DNA of 64,000 bases from Picochlorum sp. SENEW3 (Eukaryota), in assembly GCA_034226945.1 (NCBI GenBank), contig CP120461.1, positions 682,001 to 746,000 of the forward strand, read 5' to 3'. Each line of letters starts with the position of its first letter. The stretch's first letter is position 1. The position numbers were made by a program, and so were the translations under genes. The notes beneath the pieces were generated by a model, which worked only from the letters and a program-made list of their open reading frames with translations, did not search any database and was not told the origin of the DNA. This document shows, in pieces, positions 14,941-26,936 of the stretch.

Positions 14941-17900
14941 ATGTCTTCAACCGATCTCAAATCAGCAGTGTATACACTGTATCACGATACCAATAAAGAA
15001 GCTCAAAGGAAAGCAAATTATTGGTTGGAAGAATGGCAGCGATCGGAGGGAGCGTGGGCGGTGTGTTATGAGGTGCTTGGCGATGCTCAAGGCGATCTCG
15101 AGACGTTTTATTTCGCTGCTCAGACCTTACGGACCAAAATTTTACGCGACTTTGAAGAATTAGGGCATACTATTGGTCGTAAATTGCCTGACGATGTTCT
15201 GGGACTGCTGTCAATACATGCCAAGGGCCCAGGGGCTGTCAGGACGCAGTTGTGTCTCGCTGTTGCAGCATTGGCAATGCATATTCCCTCGGCTGAGTGG
15301 GCTGGTGGAGACTTTGTGACGTGGATAGGGCAAAAGTTGTTGTCTGGGGCGTACACGGATGAGAGCGCAAGGCACATTTTGCTCGAAATTCTGACTGTTC
15401 TGCCACAAGAGGCAGGCTCGTATCAACCATCTATAGTGCCAGAAAGGCGACGGCAGATTGAAGATGAATTGCAGCATTCCCTTCCACAAGCTCTGAATTT
15501 ATTATGTATAGTTTCAGATAAAGCTGGAGGAAAGACGGCTGACCAGGTATTAGAGGCTTTCGCTGCGTGGCTGCTGCTGGTTGGGAACAAGGTTGCACCG
15601 TCTGTGGTGATTGAATGCAAGCTGGTGTATGTGGCCTTGGAGGCCTTAAAGAAGGAGGATTCGTTCTTTTCCGCAGTAGATGCAGTCGTAGAGATAATTT
15701 ATTGCTCCTCGCTCCGGGGGAGACCAAAGCCTGAAATGGCTCAGTTGGTGCAAGCCATTGTGTCACAGGTAATGGGGCTGTTGCCCAGGTTCCACATTTG
15801 CATTCAACAGGCTGTTGAGGAGCAGACAGGGACAGCGTCCCCCGAAGGCATACTACATGATAATTATGAGGAGGAAGCCAAGGCCATAGCTCGATTGTTT
15901 GCGGAGGTGGGGGAAGCATATGCGTATCTCATCTCTGAAGCAACACCAGAGGTCATGGGTCCCGTGGAAGCTCTATTGGACGTCTGCAGGTATCCTGACA
16001 TGGACGTGTGCTCAGTCTCTTTCAATTTTTGGCATCGATTGAGCTATATATTATCTTCAGGGAAAAAGCCGCATTCATTAAAGTGGGAGGGGCCAGCTTT
16101 GCCGGAGCAAGAGGCCCAACGGCGGTTGGATGCTTTCTGTCCGTCATTCAAGCGTTTGGTAGAGATTTTGAGCAGGAGGATCGAGTACCCCGTTGATTGG
16201 GATGGCTGGCACAGGGATGAAAAGAATGACTTTAAATATAACAGGATGGTGGTTGGGGATCTGTTGTTAGATTCTACGGATGTCTTGGGGGCAGATGCCT
16301 GCATGTCTGTGTTGACAGCTCCGTTGTCAGAGTTGAGCTCGAATGTCCGGGCCGGAGGAACGTTCGACTGGAGGAAAGCAGAGGCTTGCTTATACTCCCT
16401 GAGATCCATCCATAAGGCTGCATCGAGTGTGCGTGATCCAACGACGCTTGTGTCCCTGCTTTCTGCATTACCGTCCCTCCCGTCGTTTCCCCATCTGGAT
16501 TACTCAGTTGCAGTCTTGTTGGGCTCCTATGCCGAGTGGATGGCAGAAGCAGCGAATGCTAACGAAGGAGTACGCCCTTTAGTTTCCACATCGGTGCAAT
16601 TGATGATAAAAGGTACGATATATAATCTGAGTTGTTTCTTTTGTGTCTCTGGTATTCATGGATATCTGGTGCCCTTGCAGGCCTCGGAAACGAGCGTACA
16701 AGTTCTGCGTGCGCTTTGTCCCTGCGGAACATTTGCGAGAGCTGTGCAACACTTTTGTCTGACTCAGTGCCGTTACTATTAGAGTTATATCGTCAGGTGC
16801 AAAACCAGGGGGATATTTCGCAGGCACGAGAAGCAAACTTTTTGGATGAGGACGAGGTGGAAAGCGTTCTCGAAGCTGTGACATTTGTGGTGTCGTCCAT
16901 GCCTCAGGACCTGAAGAGATCTACTGTACAGCAAATGATTGACTCAGTCGTTCATCCGATACAAGTGATTTTAGATCCGCTTAGAAATCCTCAATATGTG
17001 GCACGTGATCAGAGTCAGTTGCTGATGGTCCTGCCTCTCTTTGAGAGAGTGACAACAATTTTAAAGACCATTGATGACCCAGAGGACGTGGCAATCACGT
17101 TGGAGAAAATCATGCCGTGGATAAATGTGGCATTGTCTGTGTTTGCAGCGGATGCAATGGCCTCGGAGAAAATTTGCAGGGTCCCACGATATGCTGTTCG
17201 CAGTGCAAAGCAAGCAACATATAGGTCTTTGCCATCCTTGTCCGAGTCTCTGACACAAAGATTTGAGCAAACCAAGCATTCCTGCTATCTCTATGTCGCT
17301 AGCGAATTGGTCAAGGCATTCGGACATGACCCTGCTCAGGATGGCTACATCAAGCCAATGCTGCACAGAATGCTTGTCAGCTCCTGCTCCATGTTGACTT
17401 CCCTTCAAGCGGTTACATCGTATCCAGAACTAACGGATGACATGTTTTTGCTCGCTGGTAGAGGGTTGAGCTATGCCCCTCGCCTGATGATGACCCAGGA
17501 GCTGTTGTCAAGTATGGTTCCAACAAGTCGAAATGCCTTGCTGATACAGCACAAGGAAGCATGTGCGAGCGTGTCAGCCTTCCTTGTGCGCCTTTTAGAT
17601 CCAGAAACGCATCGAAAATGTGATGCACAGCAGATCAAAGCATTGGAAATGACGTTTTACCCATATGGAGGCGTCATCACGCAACTGGCACTTGCTGGAG
17701 GGGTTGGGGCCCTTCCGCCATCCAGAATGTACAACATGGTGGACGTCTTGTACGCCCTTCTGAAGTCGTCTCAAGACAGTTTCCAGTGGTTCAACGCATC
17801 GATCTCACTCATTCCTTTGCCAGCGCTTCCGGAAACAGCAAGACAGCGGTTTTTGCACACGTGCCAGTCAATCGTGGCTGACGAAATTCAAGAAGACGAT

Positions 17901-18020
17901 GAGCAGCAGCTTATGGATGCAGTCTTTGAACTCTCAGAGATCTGCAGACGCCACCATAAAATCCAACAAACCGTCATGCAGAGTTTATTACCAAAGGATT
18001 ATCAATATTTTAACATCTGA
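14941..18020 (+). CDS. TNPO3: Transportin-3 / MOS14-like importin-beta
   Basis: Intron 16613-16680 joins the 613-aa and 462-aa ORFs; 'ANYWLEEWQRS', 'YFAAQTLRTKI', 'VRTQLCLAVAALA', 'SFNFWHRL', 'HSCYLYVASELVK'. Confidence 0.88.
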
Positions 18021-18048
18021 GGGCGTTGCATTGCCCCACTCGTTCACA

Positions 18049-18930
18049 ATGGAAGTTGGGTTCCGTCGACCAAGGCATAAAAAGCGCCATAGACACGATA
18101 TCCAAAACGATAGGTTGAAAATCTACGAATATTTACGAGAATCATGTCTAAAAGGAATCTTGATGGACGCTGCGGTCTGGATCTGCGTCAGTGACGACGT
18201 TGTAAAACAACTGGATTATGCATGTTTCGGAAACTTGGACGGCGGACATGGAATGACAGCGTATATTAGAGATGTAATGAGTAGTATTGGTGTAGAATTA
18301 CCAGAGACTTGTAGAAATACTGTCAGATTGAGCCTGGACGAGGCATTTTTCATGCACTATGCTCTGAAAGTTTTGGACCTGTGCAAGGTTGATATCACCT
18401 CAAGGCAACCCTCACAAATCCTGGACACGAAACAGATATGGGAGTATATGGTTCAGGGGCGCGCTGATTTCCCCATACTCTACATCTGTTACCATCACTT
18501 TAGGAGCAAGGTGAGTTTTTTTTATTGTGTCAGGCTTTACTTCAGCCCAAGAGAGAGAACGAGAGAGAGTTCAAATAGCATGTTGTTCTGACGTATCCTA
18601 TTATTATGTTTGATGCTACAGGGATGGATCGCGCGGACTGGGCTACAGTATGGGGTGGATTTTGTGCTCTATCAGAAGCACCCTGCTCTAGCACACTCTG
18701 ACTATTCTGTGGTGATTCAAACACCGGGCATGGTAGATGGTCGACCGCCCATGTCATGGCACGACCTTCAAATTACCAATAGATTGACGGGGCAAGTAGG
18801 TAAACGGCTCCTTGTAGTACATATCTACGATCCTGCGCAGCACATTGGCTACAAAGACCACACATGTATTGACAGGGTATCTCTCTCCGAATACCTCGTC
18901 AGACGATGGGTTCCTGAAAGAACCCAGTAG
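18049..18930 (+). CDS. SEN2: tRNA-splicing endonuclease catalytic subunit (Sen2-like)
   Basis: Intron 18511-18621; 'LSLDEAFF', 'YHHFRSKGW..RTGLQYGVDFVLYQKHPALAHSDY', 'VGKRLL' giving the Tyr/His/Lys triad. Confidence 0.88.
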
Positions 18931-19014
18931 TCTATTAAATTATCATTACCCTACCCTACTTATTTATATATTAATGCACTATATGTATGTTACAGATTCC
19001 GGTAGTGTATCAAA

Positions 19015-19995
19015 TCAATCTTCCTTTCTTGCTGATGATGACTCTGCAGGTGTCACAGTCTGCGCACTTGGAATCATCTTGAGCAACTTTGACAAGTACG
19101 CATCATGGATAAACGTCACCTTCTGGCGAGCAATATCAATCACATTATCAATCTGGTCATGGTACATCTCATACACCTTTGGCACTGCAAATGCGAGGAC
19201 GACACATGCATATGCCAACCCCAGCAGAGACAGAGTTGCAAGCACCTTTGACAAGAAAAACAATCCAGCACTCACAACAATAGACATCAGCACATCCTTT
19301 CCACTCAGAATACGATGTGTGAAGTGCAGTCCTTTGTTCACATATGGTGTTGCCTTCTCAACCACAGCCCTGATCTTTGCCTCTGCAATCCCTTCAACCA
19401 TAAAGGCAGGCATCGGTGGTGGGGGTCTACATCAACACAAAGCTCCATGAGTATTGAAAACTCCACTCCATTCCGGAAATCCGGTCAATCCAGGACCACG
19501 CACCTGTGAATGAACCCTCCAATGATACTCCACACGAGCATCACACCAACCGTGAGACTCATCAGCAACGCAGCCACGCTCAAAAAGCTATTCTTCGCCC
19601 AAAAAAGCAAAACAAATGCAGAAGTAACCGCTGCAAACAAGAACACGTTCGCAGATCAGTCCCATGGCAGAAACAGCCAGTTTCAACACATTCAATCCAC
19701 CCAAGGCGCCTAGGCCTCCGTCTCATTCCATGCTCCTTACAAAAGTGGTCTTCATGGGTATAAAAAGCAACCAGATCAATCCCACGCACCTCCAAAGACG
19801 ATTCCAGTCTTCTTCACATCCCTCCACAACAGCAAATCCTCCACTGCAGACAATTACAAAGGCACAGATAATATATATGTACAAAATGAATAACTATTGT
19901 AGTGTTTCTGTAAGGTAAGGAATAACGCGATCGAACATACGCTGTTGATCTTTGACAGGCAGCTTAATGCGGCCTGGGGTGGGGGCAACTGACAT
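19015..19995 (-). CDS. Reticulon-like protein
   Basis: Introns 19844-19940 and 19427-19503; 'EDLLLWRDVKKTG', two long hydrophobic hairpins, 'AFAVPKVYEMYHDQID', 'LLKMIP'. Confidence 0.85.
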
Positions 19996-20199
19996 TTTTT
20001 TTGAGTTACTAGTTTCAAAAATTTGATATATTGTTCAAGGCCTGCGTGTGGGGTGCCAACAAGGGCACCGAGGCATTGAAAACCCTTTGCTCACCTCAAG
20101 CATTCTGTATTTAGATATTTGGTTGCACCAATTCAACCCCATCTCTTTCAATCAGTGTGCTCAATTTTCGACACATCTGTATCAATTATATTCATAGCG

Positions 20200-21039
20200 A
20201 TGGGTAAGAAAAGGAAGAAGACCCATATCGTTGAGGATCAGTTCGGAGAGGGAGGGGTGAGTCAGGACAAGGAGTTTGCACCTCCCAGGAGCGGAGGACC
20301 AGGCTCTTCCAAGGGCGGTGTCGGCGGTAGTGTACCAGGCAGCACTCCTTTTCACTATGTGAAACATGTGCCCAAGTTTCTGCAGTCTCACGTGCATCTA
20401 CTGGGGCAGAAACCTGCCAATATTGGCACCACTGATGAGGGCGCTTCTGATGCTCAAATACATCCTCAGAATGACGATGGCGATGATGATGAGACAGAGG
20501 AAGAGAAGCGCATGGCACTGCTTCAGGCTTTGGAACAGAATCCAGAGCTGGCGCACGAATATCCAGAGCTTTTGGATTTGAAAAAGGAACGGGATGCTGC
20601 GCAGTTGAAAGCACAAGGCAATGAGGCTTTTAGGAAGGAAGCATATCGCGATGCAATCGATCTGTTTTCAAAATGCATCGAGCTCGATCCGACCAATCAC
20701 ACATATTATAGTAATAGAGCTGCGGCATATATTCGGATAGAGGCATGGGAGGATGCCATACAAGATGGTAGAGAGTGTGTCAGACGAGCACCCGATTGGG
20801 CCAAAGGATACGTCCGTCTCGGAACTGCCCTGTGTCAATCGCCTCATACAGCTGCTGAGGCAGTCTATGTGCTGAAGAAAGCCAAATCCTTGGATCCAGA
20901 TATGCAAGGGATCGATGAACTGCTGGCTCAGGCACAGACAACCAAGGACACATTGCAGGAGCCAAAGGGAAAGAAGACCAAGGGTTCTTCCTTGTTGCTG
21001 TCCTTTGATGAGGAAGGAGAAGAGAATAGAGATGAATAA
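20200..21039 (+). CDS. TPR-repeat protein with DUF4604-like flanks
   Basis: Three TPRs ('LKAQGNEAFRK...AIDLFSKCIELDP', 'YYSNRAAAY', 'WAKGYVRLG'); 'YVKHVPKFL' upstream and 'SSLLLSFDEE' at the C-terminus. Confidence 0.8.
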   Translation: MGKKRKKTHIVEDQFGEGGVSQDKEFAPPRSGGPGSSKGGVGGSVPGSTPFHYVKHVPKFLQSHVHLLGQKPANIGTTDEGASDAQIHPQNDDGDDDETEEEKRMALLQALEQNPELAHEYPELLDLKKERDAAQLKAQGNEAFRKEAYRDAIDLFSKCIELDPTNHTYYSNRAAAYIRIEAWEDAIQDGRECVRRAPDWAKGYVRLGTALCQSPHTAAEAVYVLKKAKSLDPDMQGIDELLAQAQTTKDTLQEPKGKKTKGSSLLLSFDEEGEENRDE

Positions 21040-21221
21040 GAGTACCAGCAGTGGGTGATCCTCCTCCCATCATCATCATGATCATGACAAGCATGCTTGA
21101 GTGTCATTGATGAAGTGTGTTGATTCATCAGAACGATGCTGGCATCATGGCGCATGTGAGATTGGTGTGAAATCAGACCTACACCGACATGGACTGCCAA
21201 AATTGAAATGAATTGTGTAAA

Positions 21222-23531
21222 ATGAAAAGTGATCAGCAACAGAGTCGAGACGAGGGCCCCGTATGGGAACCTCACGTCCAGGAACTGAAAAAATTCACGC
21301 GAAGTTTTAGTCGGGATAATATGGCAAAAGTTGTACCTCTTGATCGAGTTTCGACGACATTAGAGGATGTGAAGCGAAATAGTGAGTCTCTCATGCTCTC
21401 TGCGCACAGTACGTTCCAAAAACTACGACCACCTTCGATGGAAGGAGGGATTTTGGTTGGCGAGCCAAAGAAAGTGGAGCCTCTTACAGTTTCCAAGGAG
21501 ACATCCACGTTTGTGAAACCAGGCACACCTCGGCGTGGATATAAGAAACAAAATCAGCGTGGTAGGAAAATGAGGAGAGCTCGAAGTGATAATACCATTG
21601 TGAAGCCAAAGGTATCAGAGGAGTTGGGGCCTCCAACGTATGCCAAAGATACGTTTGAGTGGTTTTCGAGTTTTGGAAGTCGGAAAGAGGGGCAGGAGAG
21701 CTCTCAGCTTTTCAGTTTCCAGTTGCCTTCGGCATCAGAGCTGCAGGAACAGGCCAAGTTGGTTCACAGCAAATCAGCACAGCATTTTGAGAGGATGGCT
21801 GCGACGTTGATGACAAAGCCCAAAGAAGCCCTTTCGTCGGCGCAACAGACGTTGTCCAATTGTCAGCAGAATCTCCAGTTGCTTCAAGTTTCATTGCAGC
21901 AGAGTTTTTCAGAGGGCAGAGCTGTGGTGGAACACAGGATGCAGGCTCTTGGGGAGCCAGGTTCACCTTTTACAAGTGGGGAAAGATTACAAGAAATATT
22001 AGTACAAGATCGAGAGCGTGATGCGATGGATGATATGTCGCCCACGAGTGTGGCAGACGAGGATGGAGATGCCTCAGCAAAACGGCCGTTGGGACCGTTT
22101 CAGAGGCAGGTTCAGAAGAGGAGGGAGCACGCGAGCAAGAGATTGGGAAGTTCTTTAAAAGAGGATGGCCGACAGATCACGATAGTGACGACGGCGTCCT
22201 TGCCTTGGATGACTGGTACGGCAGTGAACCCATTGTTGAGGGCAGCCTATCTTGCCAAAGATGGGTCAAAATCTGTCAATCTAATGGTTCCATGGCTGGC
22301 AAAGAGTGATCAAGAGCGCGTATTTCCAAATGGAATGACTTTTGACTCTCCCCAGGAGCAAGAAGTATGGGTTCGGGACTGGTTGAAGAAGAGGACTGGG
22401 TTTTGTCCTGATTTTCAGCTGACATTCTACCCAGGGAGGTATGCCCCAGAAAAATGCTCGATATTGCCTGTCGGGGATCCTACAAAGTATGTGCCCGACT
22501 CTGCAGCGGATGTAGCTATCTTGGAGGAACCAGAGCATCTAACGTGGTACCATCATGGGAAACGATGGACGGACAAGTTTTCTCATGTTGTTGGGGTTGT
22601 CCATACCAATTATTTAGATTATGCTCGGCGAGAGGAAGGTGGATCAAATAAAGAGTTACTCCTGCGACATATTAATTCTTGGGTGACTCGTATCCATTGT
22701 CACAAAGTGGTCAAGCTGAGTGATGCTGTGCAAGATTTACCAAGACAGACCACAGAGTTTGTGCATGGTGTGGCCGAGTCCTTCCTCAAAGTGGGAGAGA
22801 AAAAGGCATCCAGTGGTAAAGAGGGCACCTCGAGGTTCTCCAAAGGTGCCTACTTCTTGGGCAAATGTGTCTGGGCCAAGGGATACACTGAGTTGATCAA
22901 CCTCATGAGTGAGAACAAGGACAAGCTTGCTGATGATCTCACTGTGGATTGCTTTGGCACAGGCGAGGACCTTCCGGCAGTCAAATCCGAGTCAGAGCGG
23001 AAACATTTAGGGCTTCATTTCATGGGAGCGAGAGACCACTTGGATGAATCGTTGCATGACTACAAAGTCTTTGTCAATCCATCGACATCAGATGTCGTCG
23101 CCACCACCAGCGCAGAAGCCCTGGCAATGGGAAAGTGGGTTGTTTGCGCAGATCACCCGTCAAACGCATTTTTCTCCCAGTTTCAGAACTGTCTGATTTA
23201 CAGAAATTCCGATGAATTCGTGAAGCATATGCAGTATGCCTTGACCCACGATCCAGCACCAATGACGGGAGAAGACAGAGCCAGGCTAACATGGGAAGCA
23301 GCCACGGAACGTTTCTTGAATGTCAGCGAATTAACCGAAAAAGATATTTCATCTCACCCAATCAGCGCGAGCATTGATACCGCGGCATGGTTCACCCACA
23401 ATACGTTATGTGGAGTGGAAAGTTTGAGAGCAGCTGCAGGAGCTGGAATCAACACAAAAGACAATCCTGAGAGTCTGCTCGATTATAAGCCACATGCAAG
23501 TGGCGGAGGAATGTTTGATAGAACATTATGA
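21222..23531 (+). CDS. DGD1: Digalactosyldiacylglycerol synthase
   Basis: 'IVTTASLPWMTGTAVNPLLRAAYL', 'EEPEHLTWYHHG', 'FVNPSTSDVVATTSAEALAMGK'; long N-terminal extension as in DGD1. Confidence 0.93.
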   Translation: MKSDQQQSRDEGPVWEPHVQELKKFTRSFSRDNMAKVVPLDRVSTTLEDVKRNSESLMLSAHSTFQKLRPPSMEGGILVGEPKKVEPLTVSKETSTFVKPGTPRRGYKKQNQRGRKMRRARSDNTIVKPKVSEELGPPTYAKDTFEWFSSFGSRKEGQESSQLFSFQLPSASELQEQAKLVHSKSAQHFERMAATLMTKPKEALSSAQQTLSNCQQNLQLLQVSLQQSFSEGRAVVEHRMQALGEPGSPFTSGERLQEILVQDRERDAMDDMSPTSVADEDGDASAKRPLGPFQRQVQKRREHASKRLGSSLKEDGRQITIVTTASLPWMTGTAVNPLLRAAYLAKDGSKSVNLMVPWLAKSDQERVFPNGMTFDSPQEQEVWVRDWLKKRTGFCPDFQLTFYPGRYAPEKCSILPVGDPTKYVPDSAADVAILEEPEHLTWYHHGKRWTDKFSHVVGVVHTNYLDYARREEGGSNKELLLRHINSWVTRIHCHKVVKLSDAVQDLPRQTTEFVHGVAESFLKVGEKKASSGKEGTSRFSKGAYFLGKCVWAKGYTELINLMSENKDKLADDLTVDCFGTGEDLPAVKSESERKHLGLHFMGARDHLDESLHDYKVFVNPSTSDVVATTSAEALAMGKWVVCADHPSNAFFSQFQNCLIYRNSDEFVKHMQYALTHDPAPMTGEDRARLTWEAATERFLNVSELTEKDISSHPISASIDTAAWFTHNTLCGVESLRAAAGAGINTKDNPESLLDYKPHASGGGMFDRTL

Positions 23532-23611
23532 TTTTTGCTTTTACTTTATGACGCGTTTGTAATGACTACAATTCAGCAGTTTGAATTAGAAGAGCAGTAG
23601 AGAGACAAGGC

Positions 23612-26600
23612 ATGTCTAGAAACGACAAAGACCTTCGTCGTTGGGTGGAAGGTCGCTTGCATGATATTCTGGGTGCGTTATTGTTATTAATATTTGATAT
23701 ATTCGCTTGCGGGGGTGTGAGAATGACTGTTCTGACAGCTTTGGCATTTCGATGGTCTTGTGCAGGACTTTCAGAGAAGGCTCTCGCTGATTACTGCATT
23801 TCGATCGCAAAAAAGTCATCTGATGTGGGTAGTTTGTCAGATAAATTACAGAGTCAGGGGTTTCCTTCGTCCTCTGTGACGGCAGGCTTTGCGAACGATC
23901 TGCTGGGTCGGTTGCCTGCTCGAACTTCTGGCCAAAAGGTGTCTGACTACAAGCAAAGGGAAAAGGAGGCTTTCAAGCTTCAGCAGCGGAACGAAGGATA
24001 CGATTTACTGTTGGATGAAGGCATGGATGAGCTGCCCGTGCGGCAGGGGCAGCCAGGGGGAGGAGGTGTTTTGACAACGTCTGGCGGGCAGGACAAGGCT
24101 GACAGGGGGGAGAAGAAGAAGAAGCGCCGTTTGAAGAAGTCCAGGGAGGAAAATATAGAAGAAGAGGGTGCGTATGAGGGAGTTTCTGGTGGAGATGGGC
24201 AAGAGCAGCATTTGTCAAAAGAGGAGAAGATGAGAAAAGATCAGGAGGAAAAGGAGGAATTTGAGAGGCGTCTAAAGGAAAGAGACGAACAGCAAACGAG
24301 GAAATTGGTGGAGCGCAAGCTTTCGAAAGAAGAACTCCGAGATATTGAAAGGAGACAGGAGGCCGAGAAAGCTGAAGACAAGGCGGCCGTGGTGAATGAA
24401 CTGAGAAAGGCTTCCCGGAGGGAATATTTGAAAAAGCGCGAAGAGGCCAAGCTGGAAGAACTTGAGCAGGAGATCGAGGATGAGAAGTATCTGTTTGAAG
24501 GAGAAAATCTCACGGATAAAGAAAGGGCCGAGTTAGAGTACAAAGAGCGAGTTCTTCATCTAGCAAAAGAGAGAAAGAAACAGCTAGATGAGCTTGAGCA
24601 TGATGATGCCTACCATATGCCGACAGCGTATGATGAAGGAGATAAACAAGGTGCAGAGAAGCGATACGACGTTTTGACGGCCAGATATCAAAGCCAAGAT
24701 GATGCAGCATTGGAAGAGACCCCATGGGGTCAGCAGGATGCGCTAGAAAGGGAACAGATTAGTAGGGCTGTTGTGAGCATTGGCGCAAAAGATAAGAAGC
24801 GCAAGCAAGATGCGTATGATTTCGTGTTTGAAGATCAAATTGACTTCATTGTGGATTCGTATATGAAAGGAGAAATATTGGACAAAGAGGAGACAAAGGA
24901 AGAGAGATTGATCAGGGAGAGGGAAGAACGAGAGGCAGAGAAGAGGTCAGCTTTTGAACAAATCCAAGCTGATAGAAAAAAGTTACCAATGTATCCTTAT
25001 AGAGACTCACTTCTAGAAGCAATTGCAGAGCATCAAGTCATTATAATAGTTGGTGAAACAGGGAGCGGGAAAACGACTCAGATTCCTCAGTATCTATATG
25101 AAGCAGGCTACCATAAACTCGGAAAGATTGGGTGCACTCAGCCTAGGCGAGTTGCTGCAATGTCCGTGGCAGCTCGCGTTGCCCAGGAAATGGGTGTGAA
25201 ATTAGGCAATGAAGTTGGATACTCTATTAGATTCGAGGACTGTACGAGTGAGAAGACGCAAGTGAAGTATATGACTGATGGTATGCTCCTGAGAGAATTT
25301 CTCTCTGAACCTGATTTGGGATCATACAGTTGCATGATGGTCGACGAAGCACACGAGAGGACTCTTCATACAGATGTCTTGTTCGGTCTAGTGAAAGATA
25401 TTGCACGCTTTCGTCCGGATTTGAAATTGCTTATTTCTTCTGCAACACTTGATGCAGAGAAGTTTTCAGAATACTTTGATTATGCACCAATTTTTCGGAT
25501 ACCTGGGCGACGATATCCTGTAGAGATTTTGTATGCAAAAGCCCCAGAGGCAGATTATTTGCATGCATCAGCCATTACTGCTCTCCAGATACATGTCACC
25601 CAGCCTGCTGGAGATGTCTTGATCTTTTTGAGTGGCCAGGAAGAGATCGAGACTTGCGAAGAGCTGTTGATACAAAGAACAAAAGGTTTGGGCACTAAGA
25701 TTGGTGAACTGATGATTTGTCCCATTTATGCCAATCTTCCGTCGGACATGCAGGCTCGAATTTTCGAGCCAACGCCCCCTGGAGCACGCAAGATTGTCAT
25801 TGCCACAAACATTGCAGAGACTTCGCTCACAATTGATGGCATCAAGTATGTCATCGATCCTGGATTCTGCAAGCAGAACTCGTATAATCCCAGAACTGGT
25901 ATGGAGTCTTTGCAGGTAACTCCGATATCCAAAGCGTCAGCAATGCAGAGGGCCGGTAGGGCAGGTAGAACATCCCCTGGTAAGTGTTTCAGACTCTACA
26001 CAGCATGGGCATTTCAGCACGAATTGGAAGACAATGCTGTCCCAGAAATACAAAGATCTAATTTAGGAAACGTGGTTCTGCTCTTGAAGAGTCTCGGAAT
26101 AAATGACCTCATTAATTTCGACTTTATGGATCCTCCCCCGTCTGAAACAATGTTTCGAGCACTAGAGCAGTTGTACGCTCTTGGAGCACTGAATGATCGG
26201 GGTGAACTCACAACAATGGGGAGAAAAATGGCTGAATTTCCTGTGGATCCAATGCTCGCTAAAATGATCATCCAGAGTGAAAAGTTTGGTGTCAGTGAAG
26301 AGATTGCCACTGTTGCAGCTATGGTGTCTGTGGGGGCATCTGTGTTCTACAGGCCGAAAGAAAAAGCCGTACATGCTGACAATGCACACAAAGCATTCCA
26401 CATGGGCAATGTCGGGGACCATATTGCTTTGTTGAATGTATTCAATGGATGGGCAGAGACGAATTTCGCCGCACAGTGGTGTTATGAAAATTTTGTCCAA
26501 GTCAAGTCCATGAAGCGTGCACGTGATATACGGGATCAAATCATTGGCCTTATGGAGCGATGCGAAATCGATCTCAAAACCAATGTTGGAGATCTTGAGG

Positions 26601-26908
26601 GTATCAGAAAATCAATCACATCAGGCTTCTTCTATCACACTGCTAGTTTGCAGAGAAACGGATCATACAAAACTGTCAAATCCCCACAAACTGTGCACAT
26701 TCACCCATCCTCTGGCCTCTCTGAATTGATGCCTCGCTGGGTCATTTATCATGAACTTGTTCTGACGTCAAAACCTATGATGAGGGTTGTGACAGAAATC
26801 AAGCCGGAATGGCTTGTTGAACTCGCACCCCATTATTATTCATCAAAGGAAATTATGGACAAGGCAAGAAAGAAACTTCCAAAGGTGCAGGGAAGAAAAC
26901 CGACATAA
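23612..26908 (+). CDS. DHX16: Pre-mRNA splicing DEAH-box helicase PRP2/DHX16 (ESP3)
   Basis: Likely in-frame intron 23673-23765; [34 protein letters not shown]-terminal '[10 protein letters not shown]' and '[10 protein letters not shown]'. Confidence 0.93.
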   Translation: MSRNDKDLRRWVEGRLHDILGALLLLIFDIFACGGVRMTVLTALAFRWSCAGLSEKALADYCISIAKKSSDVGSLSDKLQSQGFPSSSVTAGFANDLLGRLPARTSGQKVSDYKQREKEAFKLQQRNEGYDLLLDEGMDELPVRQGQPGGGGVLTTSGGQDKADRGEKKKKRRLKKSREENIEEEGAYEGVSGGDGQEQHLSKEEKMRKDQEEKEEFERRLKERDEQQTRKLVERKLSKEELRDIERRQEAEKAEDKAAVVNELRKASRREYLKKREEAKLEELEQEIEDEKYLFEGENLTDKERAELEYKERVLHLAKERKKQLDELEHDDAYHMPTAYDEGDKQGAEKRYDVLTARYQSQDDAALEETPWGQQDALEREQISRAVVSIGAKDKKRKQDAYDFVFEDQIDFIVDSYMKGEILDKEETKEERLIREREEREAEKRSAFEQIQADRKKLPMYPYRDSLLEAIAEHQVIIIVGETGSGKTTQIPQYLYEAGYHKLGKIGCTQPRRVAAMSVAARVAQEMGVKLGNEVGYSIRFEDCTSEKTQVKYMTDGMLLREFLSEPDLGSYSCMMVDEAHERTLHTDVLFGLVKDIARFRPDLKLLISSATLDAEKFSEYFDYAPIFRIPGRRYPVEILYAKAPEADYLHASAITALQIHVTQPAGDVLIFLSGQEEIETCEELLIQRTKGLGTKIGELMICPIYANLPSDMQARIFEPTPPGARKIVIATNIAETSLTIDGIKYVIDPGFCKQNSYNPRTGMESLQVTPISKASAMQRAGRAGRTSPGKCFRLYTAWAFQHELEDNAVPEIQRSNLGNVVLLLKSLGINDLINFDFMDPPPSETMFRALEQLYALGALNDRGELTTMGRKMAEFPVDPMLAKMIIQSEKFGVSEEIATVAAMVSVGASVFYRPKEKAVHADNAHKAFHMGNVGDHIALLNVFNGWAETNFAAQWCYENFVQVKSMKRARDIRDQIIGLMERCEIDLKTNVGDLEGIRKSITSGFFYHTASLQRNGSYKTVKSPQTVHIHPSSGLSELMPRWVIYHELVLTSKPMMRVVTEIKPEWLVELAPHYYSSKEIMDKARKKLPKVQGRKPT

Positions 26909-26936
26909 GTTACTTACATATATATTAATACAATAA

